Notes under the pieces: model-generated
What the model saw: the letters and a program-made list of their open reading frames with translations, nothing else
The model's database searches: none
What the model was told of the DNA's origin: nothing
Made by a program: the position numbers and the translations under genes
Shown here: positions 26,989 through 37,367 of the stretch, piece after piece
Position numbering within the stretch: position 1 is the first letter of the stretch
Layout: each line of letters begins with the position of its first letter
From: an uncultured Thermoleophilia bacterium
GTDB lineage: Bacteria; Actinomycetota; Thermoleophilia; UBA2241
Reading direction: 5' to 3'
Length of the DNA stretch: 64,000 nucleotides
Assembly: GCA_963702475.1 (NCBI GenBank)
Contig: CAVPCT010000009.1
Location: 96,001 to 160,000 of the forward strand

Positions 26989-29181
26989 ATGCCGACGCAG
27001 GTGCACGAGGAGAAGGCCTTGGCAGCCGGACTCATGGCGGAGGCCCTCGAGGCGGGGCGCCCCGCGCTCGACGAGGCGGCCGCGAAGCAGGTCCTGGCAG
27101 CCTACGGGGTACCGGTCCCGGCCGGCGGCGTCGTGCACTCCGCGCCCGAGGCGGTCGATCTGGCGGCCTCGCTGGGCGGCCCCGTCGCCCTGAAGGCCGC
27201 CGGCGCCCTGATCCAGCACAAGACGGAGGCCGGCCTGGTGCTGCTCGACCTGCGCACGCCCGAGGAGGTCGCCGCCGGCTACGCGACGCTCGCGGAGCGC
27301 GCCGGCGACGCCCTGGAGGGCGTGCTCGTCGAGCAGATGGTGGCCGGCAGCCGCGAGTTCCTCATCGGCATGAAGCGCGACGCCGCCTTCGGTCCCGTGG
27401 TGACCTTCGGTCTCGGCGGGACCATGACCGAGGTGTTCCGCGACATCGTCCTGGCGATACCCCCTGTCGCCGACGGCGATGTCGCGGGACTTCTCGGTCT
27501 CATCAAGGCGAGGGCGCTGCTCGGGCCCTTCCGCGGGCAGAAGGCCGTGGACCGCGACAAGGTCGTCGCGGTCTTCCAGGCCGTCGCCCGCCTGGCCGCC
27601 GAGCAGCCGCGCATCGCCGAGATCGACGTGAACCCGCTGCTCATCGCCGGCGACGCGCCGGTGGCCGCCGACGCCCTCATCGTGCTGGGCGCGGAGGCGC
27701 CGCAGGCGCCGGAGCGCCGCGCCTTCACACCCGACATCGAGGCCGTGCTGGCGCCGCGGTCCGTGGCCATCGTCGGCGCCTCCGACCAGGTCGTGAAGTG
27801 GGGCGGGTCGGCGCTGAAGAACATCCTTGCCGGCGGTTTCGAGGGTCCCATCTACCCGATCCACCCCAAGGGCGGCGAGTTCTTCGGCCTGCCCGTGTAC
27901 GCGAGCCTCGCCGACACGCCCGAGCCGCCGGACATGGCGCTCCTGGCCGTCGGCGCCGACCGCGTGCCGCAGATGATCGAGGAGTGCGGGCGGCGCGGCG
28001 TGCGCTGCGCCGTCGCCATCGCCGCCGGCTTCGGCGAGACGGGCGAGGCCGGCGAGCAGGCGGAGCGACACCTGCAGAAGACCGCCGCCGAAGCCGGCGT
28101 CACGCTCATCGGCCCGAACTGCATGGGCATCATCGCGAACGCCACCAGGCTCCATGCGACCGGGTTCATCGCCCTGCATCCGCGCCCGGGCAGGCTGGGC
28201 ATCGTCTCGCAGTCGGGCAACCTCGGCGTGCAGCTCACGGAGCTCGCCGACCGCCGTGACGTCGGCGTGCGCTGCTTCATCGGTGTCGGCAACGAGGCGC
28301 AGGTGAGCGCCGTCGACGTGGTGGAGTACCTGGGCGACGACCCCGAGACCGCCTCGATCCTCACGTACCTGGAGGGCATCGAGGACGGGCGTCACCTGCT
28401 GGAGGTCGCGCACGACACCAGCCTCAAGAAGCCCGTCGTCGTGCTGCGCGGCGGCCTCACCGACCTCGGCGGCAGGGCCGCCGCCTCGCACACCGGCGCC
28501 ATGGCGGGTTCGGCGGCCGTGTACGAAGCGGCCGCGCGCCAGACCGGTCTCGTCACCTGCACCTCGGTGCAGGAGGCGCTCGACCTCACCACCTGTCTGG
28601 CGCACCTGCCGCTGCCGGCCGGTCGCCGCGTGGCCGTGGTCACCAACGGTGGCGGCGCCGGGGTGCTCGCCACCGACGAGATCGCGCGGCACGGGCTCGT
28701 GCTTCCCGAGCTGCCTCCGGACCTCATTGCGGAGATCGACGGCATGCTGCCCTCCTTCTGGAGCCGCCGGAACCCCCTCGACATGGTCGCCATGGCCGGC
28801 GGGGACGTCGCCCACCGCATCCTCACCGCCGTCGCCCAGAGCCCGGCGTTCGACGCGGTGCTCGTGTTGTCGGTCCTCGGCGTGCCCAACACCGGCGACG
28901 AGGTCCGCGCCCAGAGCGGCGGCGGCGACTACGACGACTTCAGCCCCTGGGAGAGGGACTTCCTCGATCTGGTCGCCGACCTCATGGAGGAGACCGGCAA
29001 GCCCATCCTCAACGTCCCCGACCTGCCCATGCGCCGGGCGCTCCACCCCGGCGATCACCTGTACACTCCCGTCGTGGTCGGCACGCCGCGCAACGCCGCG
29101 CTCGCCCTCGAGCGCATGGCGACCTACGGCGCCTGGCGCGCCGCCCACGGCACGAACCCTCGAACGAAGGACCACGCATGA
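26989..29181 (+). CDS. ADP-forming acetate/acyl-CoA ligase, fused beta(ATP-grasp)-alpha order
   Basis: HKTEAGLV, EFLIG..D.AFGP, EIDVNP, then SVAIVGAS, IGPNCMG, SQSG, AAASHTGAMAG (phospho-His), TNGGGAG, NPLD. Confidence 0.92.
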   Translation: MPTQVHEEKALAAGLMAEALEAGRPALDEAAAKQVLAAYGVPVPAGGVVHSAPEAVDLAASLGGPVALKAAGALIQHKTEAGLVLLDLRTPEEVAAGYATLAERAGDALEGVLVEQMVAGSREFLIGMKRDAAFGPVVTFGLGGTMTEVFRDIVLAIPPVADGDVAGLLGLIKARALLGPFRGQKAVDRDKVVAVFQAVARLAAEQPRIAEIDVNPLLIAGDAPVAADALIVLGAEAPQAPERRAFTPDIEAVLAPRSVAIVGASDQVVKWGGSALKNILAGGFEGPIYPIHPKGGEFFGLPVYASLADTPEPPDMALLAVGADRVPQMIEECGRRGVRCAVAIAAGFGETGEAGEQAERHLQKTAAEAGVTLIGPNCMGIIANATRLHATGFIALHPRPGRLGIVSQSGNLGVQLTELADRRDVGVRCFIGVGNEAQVSAVDVVEYLGDDPETASILTYLEGIEDGRHLLEVAHDTSLKKPVVVLRGGLTDLGGRAAASHTGAMAGSAAVYEAAARQTGLVTCTSVQEALDLTTCLAHLPLPAGRRVAVVTNGGGAGVLATDEIARHGLVLPELPPDLIAEIDGMLPSFWSRRNPLDMVAMAGGDVAHRILTAVAQSPAFDAVLVLSVLGVPNTGDEVRAQSGGGDYDDFSPWERDFLDLVADLMEETGKPILNVPDLPMRRALHPGDHLYTPVVVGTPRNAALALERMATYGAWRAAHGTNPRTKDHA

Positions 29182-31035
29182 GCACCACCGACGTGACGGC
29201 CGCGGGTGCGGAGACGGCCGCCCCGCAGCTCGAGATCATGTCCGGCAACGAGGCCATCGCCCGCGGCGCCTGGGAGGCCGGCGTGCGCTTCGCCTCGGCC
29301 TACCCGGGCACGCCGAGCACGGAGATCCTGGAGTCGCTCTCGGGCTACGACGACGTGTACGCCGAGTGGGCCCCCAACGAGAAGGTCGCCGTGGAGGCCG
29401 CCACCGGCGCGTCCATGGCCGGCGCCCGCTCCCTGGCCTGCATGAAGCACGTCGGCCTCAACGTGGCCGCCGACCCCTTCTTCTCGGCCTCGCACGTCGG
29501 CGTCACCGGCGGGTTCGTGATCGTCTCCGCCGACGACCCGGACATGCACAGCTCCCAGGACGAGCAGGACAACCGCAACTACGCCAAGTTCGCGAAGATG
29601 CCCATGGTGGAGGCCGGCGACGCCGACGAGGCGCGCCGCTTCATCAAGGCCGCCTACGAGATCAGCGAGCGGTTCGACGCCCCGGTCCTGTTCCGCACGA
29701 CGACCCGCACCTCGCACTCCCAGGGCGTCGTGACGCCCGGCGAGCGCGAAGCCCACGACGAGCCCATCCTCGTCCTCGACCGCGACCCGGCCAAGCACAT
29801 CATGATGCCGCACAACGCCAGGCCGCGGCACGAGTTCATCGAGCGGCGCCTGCTCGAGCTCGCCGAGTTCGCCGAGACCACCGACCTGAACCAGGTCGAG
29901 ATGGGCGACACGCGCGCCGGCATCATCACGTCCGGCGCGGCCTACGGCTACGCCCGCGAGGCGTTCCCGGCCGCGAGCTTCCTCAAGCTGGGCATGACGT
30001 ACCCGCTGCCCGCCGGCCTCATCGCCGACTTCCGCGCCAAGGTCGACAAGCTGTACGTCGTCGAGGAGCTCGACCCGTTCCTGGAGGAGCTCATCCGCCT
30101 GCAGGGCGTGCACGGTGGACGGCGGCAAGGACATCCTGCCGCTCACCGGCGAGTTCAGCCCCGGCCTCGTGGCCCGTGCCCTGCACGAGGCCGGCGTGCC
30201 CGGCGTCGACGAGAGCCTGCTGGTCGTGCCCGAGCGCGCCCCCGACGACCTGCCGGACCGCCCGCCGACGCTGTGCCCCGGCTGCTCGCACCGCGGCGTC
30301 TTCGTCGCCCTGCGCAAGCTGCGCGCCTTCGTGAGCGGCGACATCGGCTGCTACAGCCTGGCGGCCCTGGCCCCGTTCAACGCCATGCACTGCAGTACGT
30401 GCATGGGCGCCGGCATCAGCATGGCGCACGGCATGGCCAAGGTCCTCGACGAGGGTGCCGACAAGAAGAACCGCCCCGTGGCCATCATCGGCGACAGCAC
30501 CTTCTTCCACTCCGGCATCACGTCGCTCCTGGACGTCGCCTACAACAGGAGCAACGTGGTCACCATCATCCTGGACAACCGCACCACCGCCATGACCGGC
30601 GGCCAGGAGAACCCCGGCATGGGCAAGTCCCTCATGGGGCAGGCCGCGCCGGAGGTCGACATCCCGGCCCTGGTGCGCGCTCTCGGCATCACCAGCATCC
30701 ACGAGATCGACCCGCTGGACGTCGCGCAGACGCAGGCCGTGCTCAAGGAGGCGATCGAGGCGCAGGAGCCGTCGGTCGTCATCGCCACGTCGCCGTGCGT
30801 GCTCGAGTACAAGATCAAGCGCGAGGCGTACCACGTGGAGGCGGCCGAGTGCACCGGCTGCAAGGTCTGCCTGCGGGCGGGGTGCACGGCGCTGAGCCTG
30901 TACAAGGACGAGGCCGGCGAGCGCAAGGTGGAGATCGACCCGGTGGCCTGCAGCGGCTGCAGCGTGTGCGCCCAGCTCTGCAACTTCGAGGCGATCAAGG
31001 CGCCTCAGCCCAAGGGTGGGGAGGAGGCCCGATGA
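29178..31035 (+). CDS. iorA: Indolepyruvate:ferredoxin oxidoreductase alpha subunit, frameshift near 30110
   Basis: GNEAIARG, YPGTPSTE, NEKVA, MKHVGLNVAAD, SSQDEQD; RPPTLCPGCSH, DIGCY, GDSTFFHSG, DNRTTAMTG, two CxxCxxC motifs. Confidence 0.92.
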
Positions 31036-31628
31036 GCCGCCCGACGTTCAACATCCTCATCTCCGGCGTCGGCGGCCAGGGCGTGGTGCTGGCCAGCTAC
31101 GTGCTCAGCCAGTCGGCCCTGGCCGAGGGCTACGACGTCAAGCAGAGCGAGGTCCACGGCATGGCCCAGCGCGGCGGCTGCGTCACGAGCCACCTGCGCT
31201 TCGGCGACAAGGTCTACAACTCGCTGATCACCCCCGGCACGGCCGACGTGCTGCTCTCGTTCGAGTCGGTCGAGGCCATGCGCTACATCAACTGGCTCAA
31301 GCCGGGCGGCCTGCTCGTCTACAACATGACGCGGGTGAACCCGAGCACGGTGTCGTCCGGCGAGCTGGAGTACCCGGCCGGCCTGGCGGAGCGCATCGCC
31401 GAGGCGTGGCCCAACACGCGTGCCCTGGACGCGAGCGCCCTGGCCGCCGAGGCCGGCACCTTCAAGGCGGCCAACGTGGTGATGCTCGGCGCCATGGCGA
31501 GCGCCCTGCCGTTCAAGCCGGAGACCATGGAGGGCATCATCCGGCGCTCGGTGCCACCCAAGACGATCGACGTGAACCTCAGGGCGTTCGAGCTCGGCCG
31601 CAGCGTCGGGGCCGAGGTCGGCGCCTGA
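31032..31628 (+). CDS. iorB: Indolepyruvate:ferredoxin oxidoreductase beta subunit
   Basis: GVGGQG, SEVHGMAQRGG, ANVVMLG, NLRAFELG. Confidence 0.93.
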   Translation: MSRPTFNILISGVGGQGVVLASYVLSQSALAEGYDVKQSEVHGMAQRGGCVTSHLRFGDKVYNSLITPGTADVLLSFESVEAMRYINWLKPGGLLVYNMTRVNPSTVSSGELEYPAGLAERIAEAWPNTRALDASALAAEAGTFKAANVVMLGAMASALPFKPETMEGIIRRSVPPKTIDVNLRAFELGRSVGAEVGA

Positions 31629-31638
31629 GAGGCGCGAG

Positions 31639-32112
31639 GTGACCGGACGCGTGGGCGGCGACGGCTCTCTTCCGTTGCCGTCGCCGGTTGCTCCCCACCA
31701 CGTCGGCATCAGCGTCGCCGACCTGGAGGAGTCGATCGACTGGTACGAGCGCGTGCTGGGCTTTCGGCTGGAGGCCGTCGTCGCCGTGCCCGAGGACGAC
31801 GGCCGGGTGGCCATGCTCGAACAGGGCGGCTTTCGTGTGGAGCTGTTCGAGATCCCCGGCGCGGCGGCGCTGCCGCCTGCGCGCCGGGAGGCCGGGAGCG
31901 ACCTGCGCACGCACGGCGTGAAGCATCTTGCGTATGAAGTGAGCGATATCGAGGCACACGCCGAGCGGCTGCGCGCCCTCGGCGTGGACATCGTGTGGGA
32001 CGTACGCGTGCACGAGGACGTCAAGGTCGTCTTCGTGCGCGACAACACGGGGAACCTCGTCGAGCTCGTCGAGCCGCTGCGCGCGGCCGGCACGGCTCGC
32101 GGCACAGTGTAA
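31639..32112 (+). CDS. VOC (glyoxalase/methylmalonyl-CoA epimerase-like) protein
   Basis: HHVGISVADLE..WY..LG, VELF, HLAYEV.D, FVRDNTGNLVELV. Confidence 0.88.
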   Translation: MTGRVGGDGSLPLPSPVAPHHVGISVADLEESIDWYERVLGFRLEAVVAVPEDDGRVAMLEQGGFRVELFEIPGAAALPPARREAGSDLRTHGVKHLAYEVSDIEAHAERLRALGVDIVWDVRVHEDVKVVFVRDNTGNLVELVEPLRAAGTARGTV

Positions 32113-32133
32113 GAGCGAAAGGAAACGGAAGTC

Positions 32134-32757
32134 ATGGAGAGCACCGTCTGGCAGGACGACCACCCCTGGACCCACATCGACTGGGAGCTCAACGACGTCA
32201 CGCCGTACCAGCTCAACTGGTTCTGGTGCAACATGGAGAAGGGCGACTACCTCTGGCACCCCAACCAGCACAAGGGCTTCGAGTGGTGGATCAGCCTCGA
32301 AGAGGCCGGTGGTCCCCTGGGTAGCGTGCACATCGCGCCACAGACCTGGAACGACGGCGTCAAGATCCGCCCGTACATCAAGTTCCCGCGCCTGGAGGAG
32401 ATCCCGGCCGAGTATCGGGACCTCATCAAGTACGACCACGTCGTGTTCGCCGGGGCGATCAGCATCATGGGCGACGACGTGAAGCCCGACGATCCGGTGC
32501 TCGGCTACCGCTGTCACCAGTGGCAGAAGAGCGACAGCGGCGTCGTCGGCATGTCTTCGGCGATCGAGGCCAAGGAGAACGCCGCCGACGACGGCCTCAT
32601 CTGGGCGCAGCACGCCACCGAGGAGGTCGGCAACTGGGAGGTCTTCCTGCCGACCCTGATGCGCCTGTACCGCGTGATCACCGACCCGGAGATCTGCCCG
32701 TACTACTCGTTCCGCGTGGAGGGCACGGGGCGCGAGGCGAAGTACGTCGAGCTCTGA
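32134..32757 (+). CDS. PhlG/phloretin hydrolase-like protein
   Basis: VTPYQLNWFW..LWHPNQH and C-terminal HATEE..FLPTL resemble the DAPG hydrolase family. Confidence 0.55.
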   Translation: MESTVWQDDHPWTHIDWELNDVTPYQLNWFWCNMEKGDYLWHPNQHKGFEWWISLEEAGGPLGSVHIAPQTWNDGVKIRPYIKFPRLEEIPAEYRDLIKYDHVVFAGAISIMGDDVKPDDPVLGYRCHQWQKSDSGVVGMSSAIEAKENAADDGLIWAQHATEEVGNWEVFLPTLMRLYRVITDPEICPYYSFRVEGTGREAKYVEL

Positions 32758-32788
32758 GAGGCGCGAGATCCGCGCGGGGACGACGACC

Positions 32789-34495
32789 GTGAACAGCCGG
32801 CGTGGCGGGGCTGTCGAGCGGGGCGCCGCAGGTACACCGCTCTGCGCGGAGCAGCACGGAGCGGACGGGGCCGGGGGCGCGGCGAGCGTCCCGGCCCCGC
32901 CTGCGTCTGCGTGGGCGCCGCTGCGCCACAAGGTCTACCGCGCGCTGTGGTTCGCTCTGCTGGCGACCAACGTCGGCGCCTGGATGCAGGCGGTGGGCGC
33001 CGCCTGGCTCATGGTGGAGCTGGAAGCTTCGCCGACGATCATCGCCCTCGTGCAGACGGCGACGTTCCTGCCCGTGGTGCTGGTCGGCGTGGTGGCCGGC
33101 GCGCTCGCCGACCTGCTGGACCGGCGCCGGCTGCTGCTGGCGACGCAGGCGGCCGGGCTGGTCGTGGCCGCGGCGTTGGCCGTCGTGACGGCTGCCGGCG
33201 CCGTCACGCCTTGGGTGCTGCTCGGCTTCACCTTCGCGCTCGGGGTGTGCACGGCGTTCAACGGGCCGGCGTATCAGGCCATCCAGCCTGAGCTGGTGCC
33301 GGCCCGCGAGCTGAAGCAGGCGCTCACGCTCGGCGGCGCCAACATCAACCTCGGCCGGGCCATCGGCCCGGCCGTGGGCGGGGTGCTCATCGCCGCCGTC
33401 GGCGCCTGGCTCGTGTTCGGTCTCAACGCCGTCGCCTACCTCGGCAGCGTCGTCGTGCTGTGGCGCTGGAGGCGGGCCCCGGGCGACGACGTCGGCCCGC
33501 CGGAGCACTTCGCCGGGGCCATCCGCGCCGGCGTGCGGTACGCCCTGTTCTCGCGCGTGCTGCAGGGCGTGCTGCTGCGCTCGTTCGTCTTCGGGCTCGC
33601 CAGCTCCGCCCTGCTCTCGCTGCTGCCGGTGTACGCCTCCCGGGCGCTCGGCGCAGGGTCCGGCGGCCTCGGCCTTCTGTACGCCGGCATCGGCGTCGGG
33701 GCGGTGGCGATGGCCGCGCTGTTGCCGCGGCTCCGCGCGCACCTCAGCGACGACCGCATCTTCGCGCTGGGGAGCGTCACGGTCGGCGCGGCGCTTGTCA
33801 CCTATGCGGCCGCGCCGGTCCTCGCCGCCGCCCTGGCCGCCAGCTTCGTGGCCGGCCTCGGCTGGCTCTGCTGTCTCTCCACCCTCAGCGTCGCCTCCCA
33901 GGACGCCCTGCCTTCGTGGGTGCGGGCCCGCGGCCTCGCCTTCTGCCTCACGGCTCTCTCGGCAGGGGTGGCTCTCGGCGCGGTCCTGTGGGGCATGCTT
34001 GCCTCCGTCGAGGGCGTTCGCGCTGCGTACGCATGGGGCGCCGCCGCGCTCGTCGTGACGCTCGTCCTCGCCCTGCGCTGGCGCTTCGACGCGATCGCCC
34101 GCCTCGACCTCTCGCCGTCGCCGCTCGCGTCGCCGGAGACGCGGCTCCTCGGGGAGGAGCACGCCGACAGCCCGGCCTTCGTGCTCGTGAGCTACGAGGT
34201 CCGGCCCGAGTGCGAGGACGACTTCCTCCGCGCGCTGCGGCTTGTCGGCCGCGTACGGCGCCGCAACGGCGCCGCCGACTGGTCCTTCTACCGCGACGCC
34301 GAGAGGCTGGACCGGTTCATCGAGACCTTCGTGCTGCCGACCTGGGACGAGCACGTGCGGCAGCACCAGCGCCTCACCGTCACGGACGCCGCCGTCCTCG
34401 ACAGGGTCCTCGAATTCCTCAAGCCCGGGACGTCCTTCACGGCCGAGCACTACGTCCAGCCGCCGCAACCGCCGCTCGAGCTCTGGCCGCGGTAG
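32789..34495 (+). CDS. MFS transporter (MFS_3/DUF894 type) with soluble C-terminal domain
   Basis: WAPLRH..RALW, WMQ.VGAAWLM, GALAD..DRRR, NLGRAIGPAVGG, RRRNGA..W, W.EH.RQH.R. Confidence 0.88.
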   Translation: MNSRRGGAVERGAAGTPLCAEQHGADGAGGAASVPAPPASAWAPLRHKVYRALWFALLATNVGAWMQAVGAAWLMVELEASPTIIALVQTATFLPVVLVGVVAGALADLLDRRRLLLATQAAGLVVAAALAVVTAAGAVTPWVLLGFTFALGVCTAFNGPAYQAIQPELVPARELKQALTLGGANINLGRAIGPAVGGVLIAAVGAWLVFGLNAVAYLGSVVVLWRWRRAPGDDVGPPEHFAGAIRAGVRYALFSRVLQGVLLRSFVFGLASSALLSLLPVYASRALGAGSGGLGLLYAGIGVGAVAMAALLPRLRAHLSDDRIFALGSVTVGAALVTYAAAPVLAAALAASFVAGLGWLCCLSTLSVASQDALPSWVRARGLAFCLTALSAGVALGAVLWGMLASVEGVRAAYAWGAAALVVTLVLALRWRFDAIARLDLSPSPLASPETRLLGEEHADSPAFVLVSYEVRPECEDDFLRALRLVGRVRRRNGAADWSFYRDAERLDRFIETFVLPTWDEHVRQHQRLTVTDAAVLDRVLEFLKPGTSFTAEHYVQPPQPPLELWPR

Positions 34496-34625
34496 GGCGG
34501 GAGGGTCTTCGCGGCAGGCTTGCTGCTCCGCTCAGCGGTCCGTGCGTCGCCGGACCGGCCTAGAGAGAGCGTTCGCTCTATTTGCCCCTTGCATCCTGGC
34601 AGAGAGGCACTATAGTATTCAGCAC

Positions 34626-34652
34626 GTGAACTAGACTTGTAGAGTAGTTCAC
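34626..34652. promoter_or_regulatory. Palindrome GTGAACTA-N11-TAGTTCAC, candidate operator
   Basis: Perfect 8-bp inverted repeat about 40 bp upstream of the MerR-TetR gene. Confidence 0.55.
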
Positions 34653-34692
34653 TGGAGCAAAGGGGAACCAGCGTCCGCCTGAGGGGGTGGGG

Positions 34693-35646
34693 ATGCGGGC
34701 ACTCACGATCGGTGAGCTCGAGACGGAATCCGGCACCGCGCGCAGCACGATCTACTTCTACGTGCGCGCGGGGCTCCTGCCGCCCGCCCAGAAAGCCAGC
34801 CCGACGCGCGCCATCTACACCGACGCCCACGTCGAGCTCCTCGAGGAGATCCGGCGGCTGAAGGCGCAGGGCCTGGACATCCGGGCCATCGGCGAGCGGC
34901 TGCGGCAGCGCGTGCACTCCGCCAGCCAGAACGGGGAAGATCTCGTGGCGCGGCAGGAAGAAGAGACCCGCCGCGCCATCCTCTCCGTCGCCGGGCGCGA
35001 GTTCTCCCGCAACGGCTACCGCCAGACGCGCATCGCCGACATCATCCGCGACCTGGGCATCACCCCGCAGACGCTCTACGGCTACTTCCCGACCAAGCGC
35101 GACCTGTTCGCCGCCGCGTACCGGGACTACCTCGAGGCGTCCATGACTGCTATCGAGCCGCGGCTCGCGGATGAGGACGATCCGGCCGTCCACGTGCTGT
35201 GGCGCATGGTGGGCGACTACAGTCTGCAGGCGCTGAACCCCGACCTTCTCTATCTCTCGCGTGAGGCCGCCTACGACGACCCCGAGACCACCCGCGAGCT
35301 GCGGGCCGCCCACGACCACGTCCTCACCGGGCCGACCGAGGATCTCCTGCGCCGCCGCGGCGGTCCGGACGAGCCGCCCCTGTCGGACGAGCTCGTCAGC
35401 TATGCCCTGTACGGCGCGTTCCAGACGATGCGTCTGCGCGCCTCGTGGGACAGCCGCTTCTCCCGCAGCGACGTGATGTGGACGAACGTGGCCATCAACC
35501 TGGCCGTCCTGGCGCTGTACGACGGCACCATCGACGTCGCCGCTCTCAGGGAGAAGTACGCCGACCTCGTCGCGGAGCTCGCGGCCATGGAGCCGCCCGA
35601 ACCCGCGGATCTCGAGACCTCACTGCCGACGCGAGAGGGCACTTGA
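34693..35646 (+). CDS. MerR-HTH / TetR fusion regulator
   Basis: LTIGELE..SG..RSTIYFY...GLLP (MerR HTH), then RRAIL..F..NGY..TRIADI...GI....YGYFPTK.DL (TetR HTH). Confidence 0.85.
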   Translation: MRALTIGELETESGTARSTIYFYVRAGLLPPAQKASPTRAIYTDAHVELLEEIRRLKAQGLDIRAIGERLRQRVHSASQNGEDLVARQEEETRRAILSVAGREFSRNGYRQTRIADIIRDLGITPQTLYGYFPTKRDLFAAAYRDYLEASMTAIEPRLADEDDPAVHVLWRMVGDYSLQALNPDLLYLSREAAYDDPETTRELRAAHDHVLTGPTEDLLRRRGGPDEPPLSDELVSYALYGAFQTMRLRASWDSRFSRSDVMWTNVAINLAVLALYDGTIDVAALREKYADLVAELAAMEPPEPADLETSLPTREGT

Positions 35647-36440
35647 TGGAGGTGCGGCCGGCCCACGACCAGCGCCTCCGCGGGCGCGTCGCCGTCGTGA
35701 CCGGCGCGGCGCGCCCGCGCGGCATCGGCCGCGCCGTCGCCCTGCGCTACGCGGCCGAGGGTGCGCGCGTGGCCGTGCTGGACCTGGACGGCGAGGGCGC
35801 GCGCGGTGTGGCCGACGAGATCACGGCGGCCGGCGGCGCGGCCGTCGGCGTCGCCTGCGACGTCGCCGATCTCGCGTCGGTGGAGGCGGCCGCGGTGCGC
35901 GTTCTCGACGCGTGGGGCGGCCGCGTCGACATCCTCGTGAACAACGCGGCCGCGCTCGACGGTGTCGTCTGGCAGCCGTTCGACCAGTGGACCGTCGAGG
36001 AGTGGGACACGATGCTCGACGTGAACCTGCGCGGCATGTGGTTCTGCGCCCGCGCCTTCGTCCCCGCCATGAAGGCGCGCGGCTACGGCAAGATCGTCAA
36101 CGTCACATCCTCCACCTTCTGGGAGGGCGTGGGCGGCTTCATCCACTACACCTCGAGCAAGGGCGGCGTGATCGGCTTCACGCGTGCCCTCGGCCGCGAG
36201 CTCGGGCCGTTCGGCGTCCGCGTGAACGCGCTCGCTCCGGGCTACACGATGACCGACGCGCAGACCGAGCACGCGACGGCGCACCCCGACCATCAGGTCG
36301 CGATGCGCGAGCAGCGTGCCCTGGCCCGCGATCAGGTGGCGGACGACCTCGCCGGCCCGGCTTTCTTCCTGGCCTCGGACGACAGCGATTTCATGACCTG
36401 CCAGACCATCCTCGTGGATGGCGGCCGGAGCATGTGGTGA
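35646..36440 (+). CDS. SDR family oxidoreductase
   Basis: VTGAARPRGIG, DILVNNA, YTSSK, VRVNALAPG. Confidence 0.92.
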   Translation: MEVRPAHDQRLRGRVAVVTGAARPRGIGRAVALRYAAEGARVAVLDLDGEGARGVADEITAAGGAAVGVACDVADLASVEAAAVRVLDAWGGRVDILVNNAAALDGVVWQPFDQWTVEEWDTMLDVNLRGMWFCARAFVPAMKARGYGKIVNVTSSTFWEGVGGFIHYTSSKGGVIGFTRALGRELGPFGVRVNALAPGYTMTDAQTEHATAHPDHQVAMREQRALARDQVADDLAGPAFFLASDDSDFMTCQTILVDGGRSMW

Positions 36441-36488
36441 TGGCGATGACCGCGACACGGCGCAGAGGCCGCCGAGGGGGTACGTCCA

Positions 36489-37367
36489 TTGACTGATTGG
36501 CTGCAACTGCTGGTCTCCGGCATCACGCTGGGGTCGATCTTCTCGCTCGTCGCTCTCGGGTTCGTGACGATCTACCGCACCTCGAAGGTGGTGAACATGG
36601 CCCAGGGCTCGTTCGTGATGCTCGGCACCATGTTCACGTACTCCTTCCTCAATGAGCTCGGCTGGCCGTTCTGGCTGTCGGCCATCGTTTCCATCGCGGG
36701 CGTGATCGTGGTCGGCATCCTGATGTTCCAGATCGTGCTCAAGCCGATGCTCAAGGCGCCGCCGGCGGCGATGATCCTGCTGACGATCGCCCTGAGCCTG
36801 CTCATCGAGAACCTCGCCCTCCTCAAGTGGGGCGGCTACGGCCTCGGCATCCCGGCGTTCACCGGGGAGACGTCCATCTGGGTGCGCGGCGTCGCCATAC
36901 CGCCCCAGACGCTGTGGGTGCTCGGGGTCACCATCGCAGTCCTCATCGCGCTCTACTGGCTCAACAACCGCACCCTCGTCGGCAAGATGATGACGGCGAC
37001 GGCCACGCGGCCCAACGCCGCCAGCCTGTGCGGCATCTCCACGACACTGATGATCATCATCGCCTTCGCCATCAGCGCCGGCATCGGCGCCATCGGCGGC
37101 GTGAGCGTCGGCTCGGTCATCCCGATCGCCTTCACCACCGGCGGCCTCATCGGCCTCAACGGCTTCGTCGCCGCCATCCTCGGCGGCTGGGGCTCAAGCA
37201 CCGGCGCCGTCGTCGGCGGCTTCACCCTCGGCATCCTCGAGTCGCTGTTCACCGGCGTCGTCCCGGCGGGCTACAAGGACGCGCTTGCGTTCGTCCTGCT
37301 CATCATCGTGGTGTACTTCCGGCCCTCCGGCCTCCTCGGTACCCCGTCCGTGGAAGGCGAGGAGTGA
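36489..37367 (+). CDS. ABC permease (LivH-like)
   Basis: GFVTIY..VVNMAQG, AAILGGWGS, RPSGL; TTG start. Confidence 0.9.
   Translation: MTDWLQLLVSGITLGSIFSLVALGFVTIYRTSKVVNMAQGSFVMLGTMFTYSFLNELGWPFWLSAIVSIAGVIVVGILMFQIVLKPMLKAPPAAMILLTIALSLLIENLALLKWGGYGLGIPAFTGETSIWVRGVAIPPQTLWVLGVTIAVLIALYWLNNRTLVGKMMTATATRPNAASLCGISTTLMIIIAFAISAGIGAIGGVSVGSVIPIAFTTGGLIGLNGFVAAILGGWGSSTGAVVGGFTLGILESLFTGVVPAGYKDALAFVLLIIVVYFRPSGLLGTPSVEGEE

Noticed and set aside
29178-31628. Apparent 816-aa IorA-IorB fusion
   Set aside because: The middle is Arg/Gly-rich off-frame sequence; the true IorA C-terminus is in 30115..31035 and iorB has its own start at 31032.
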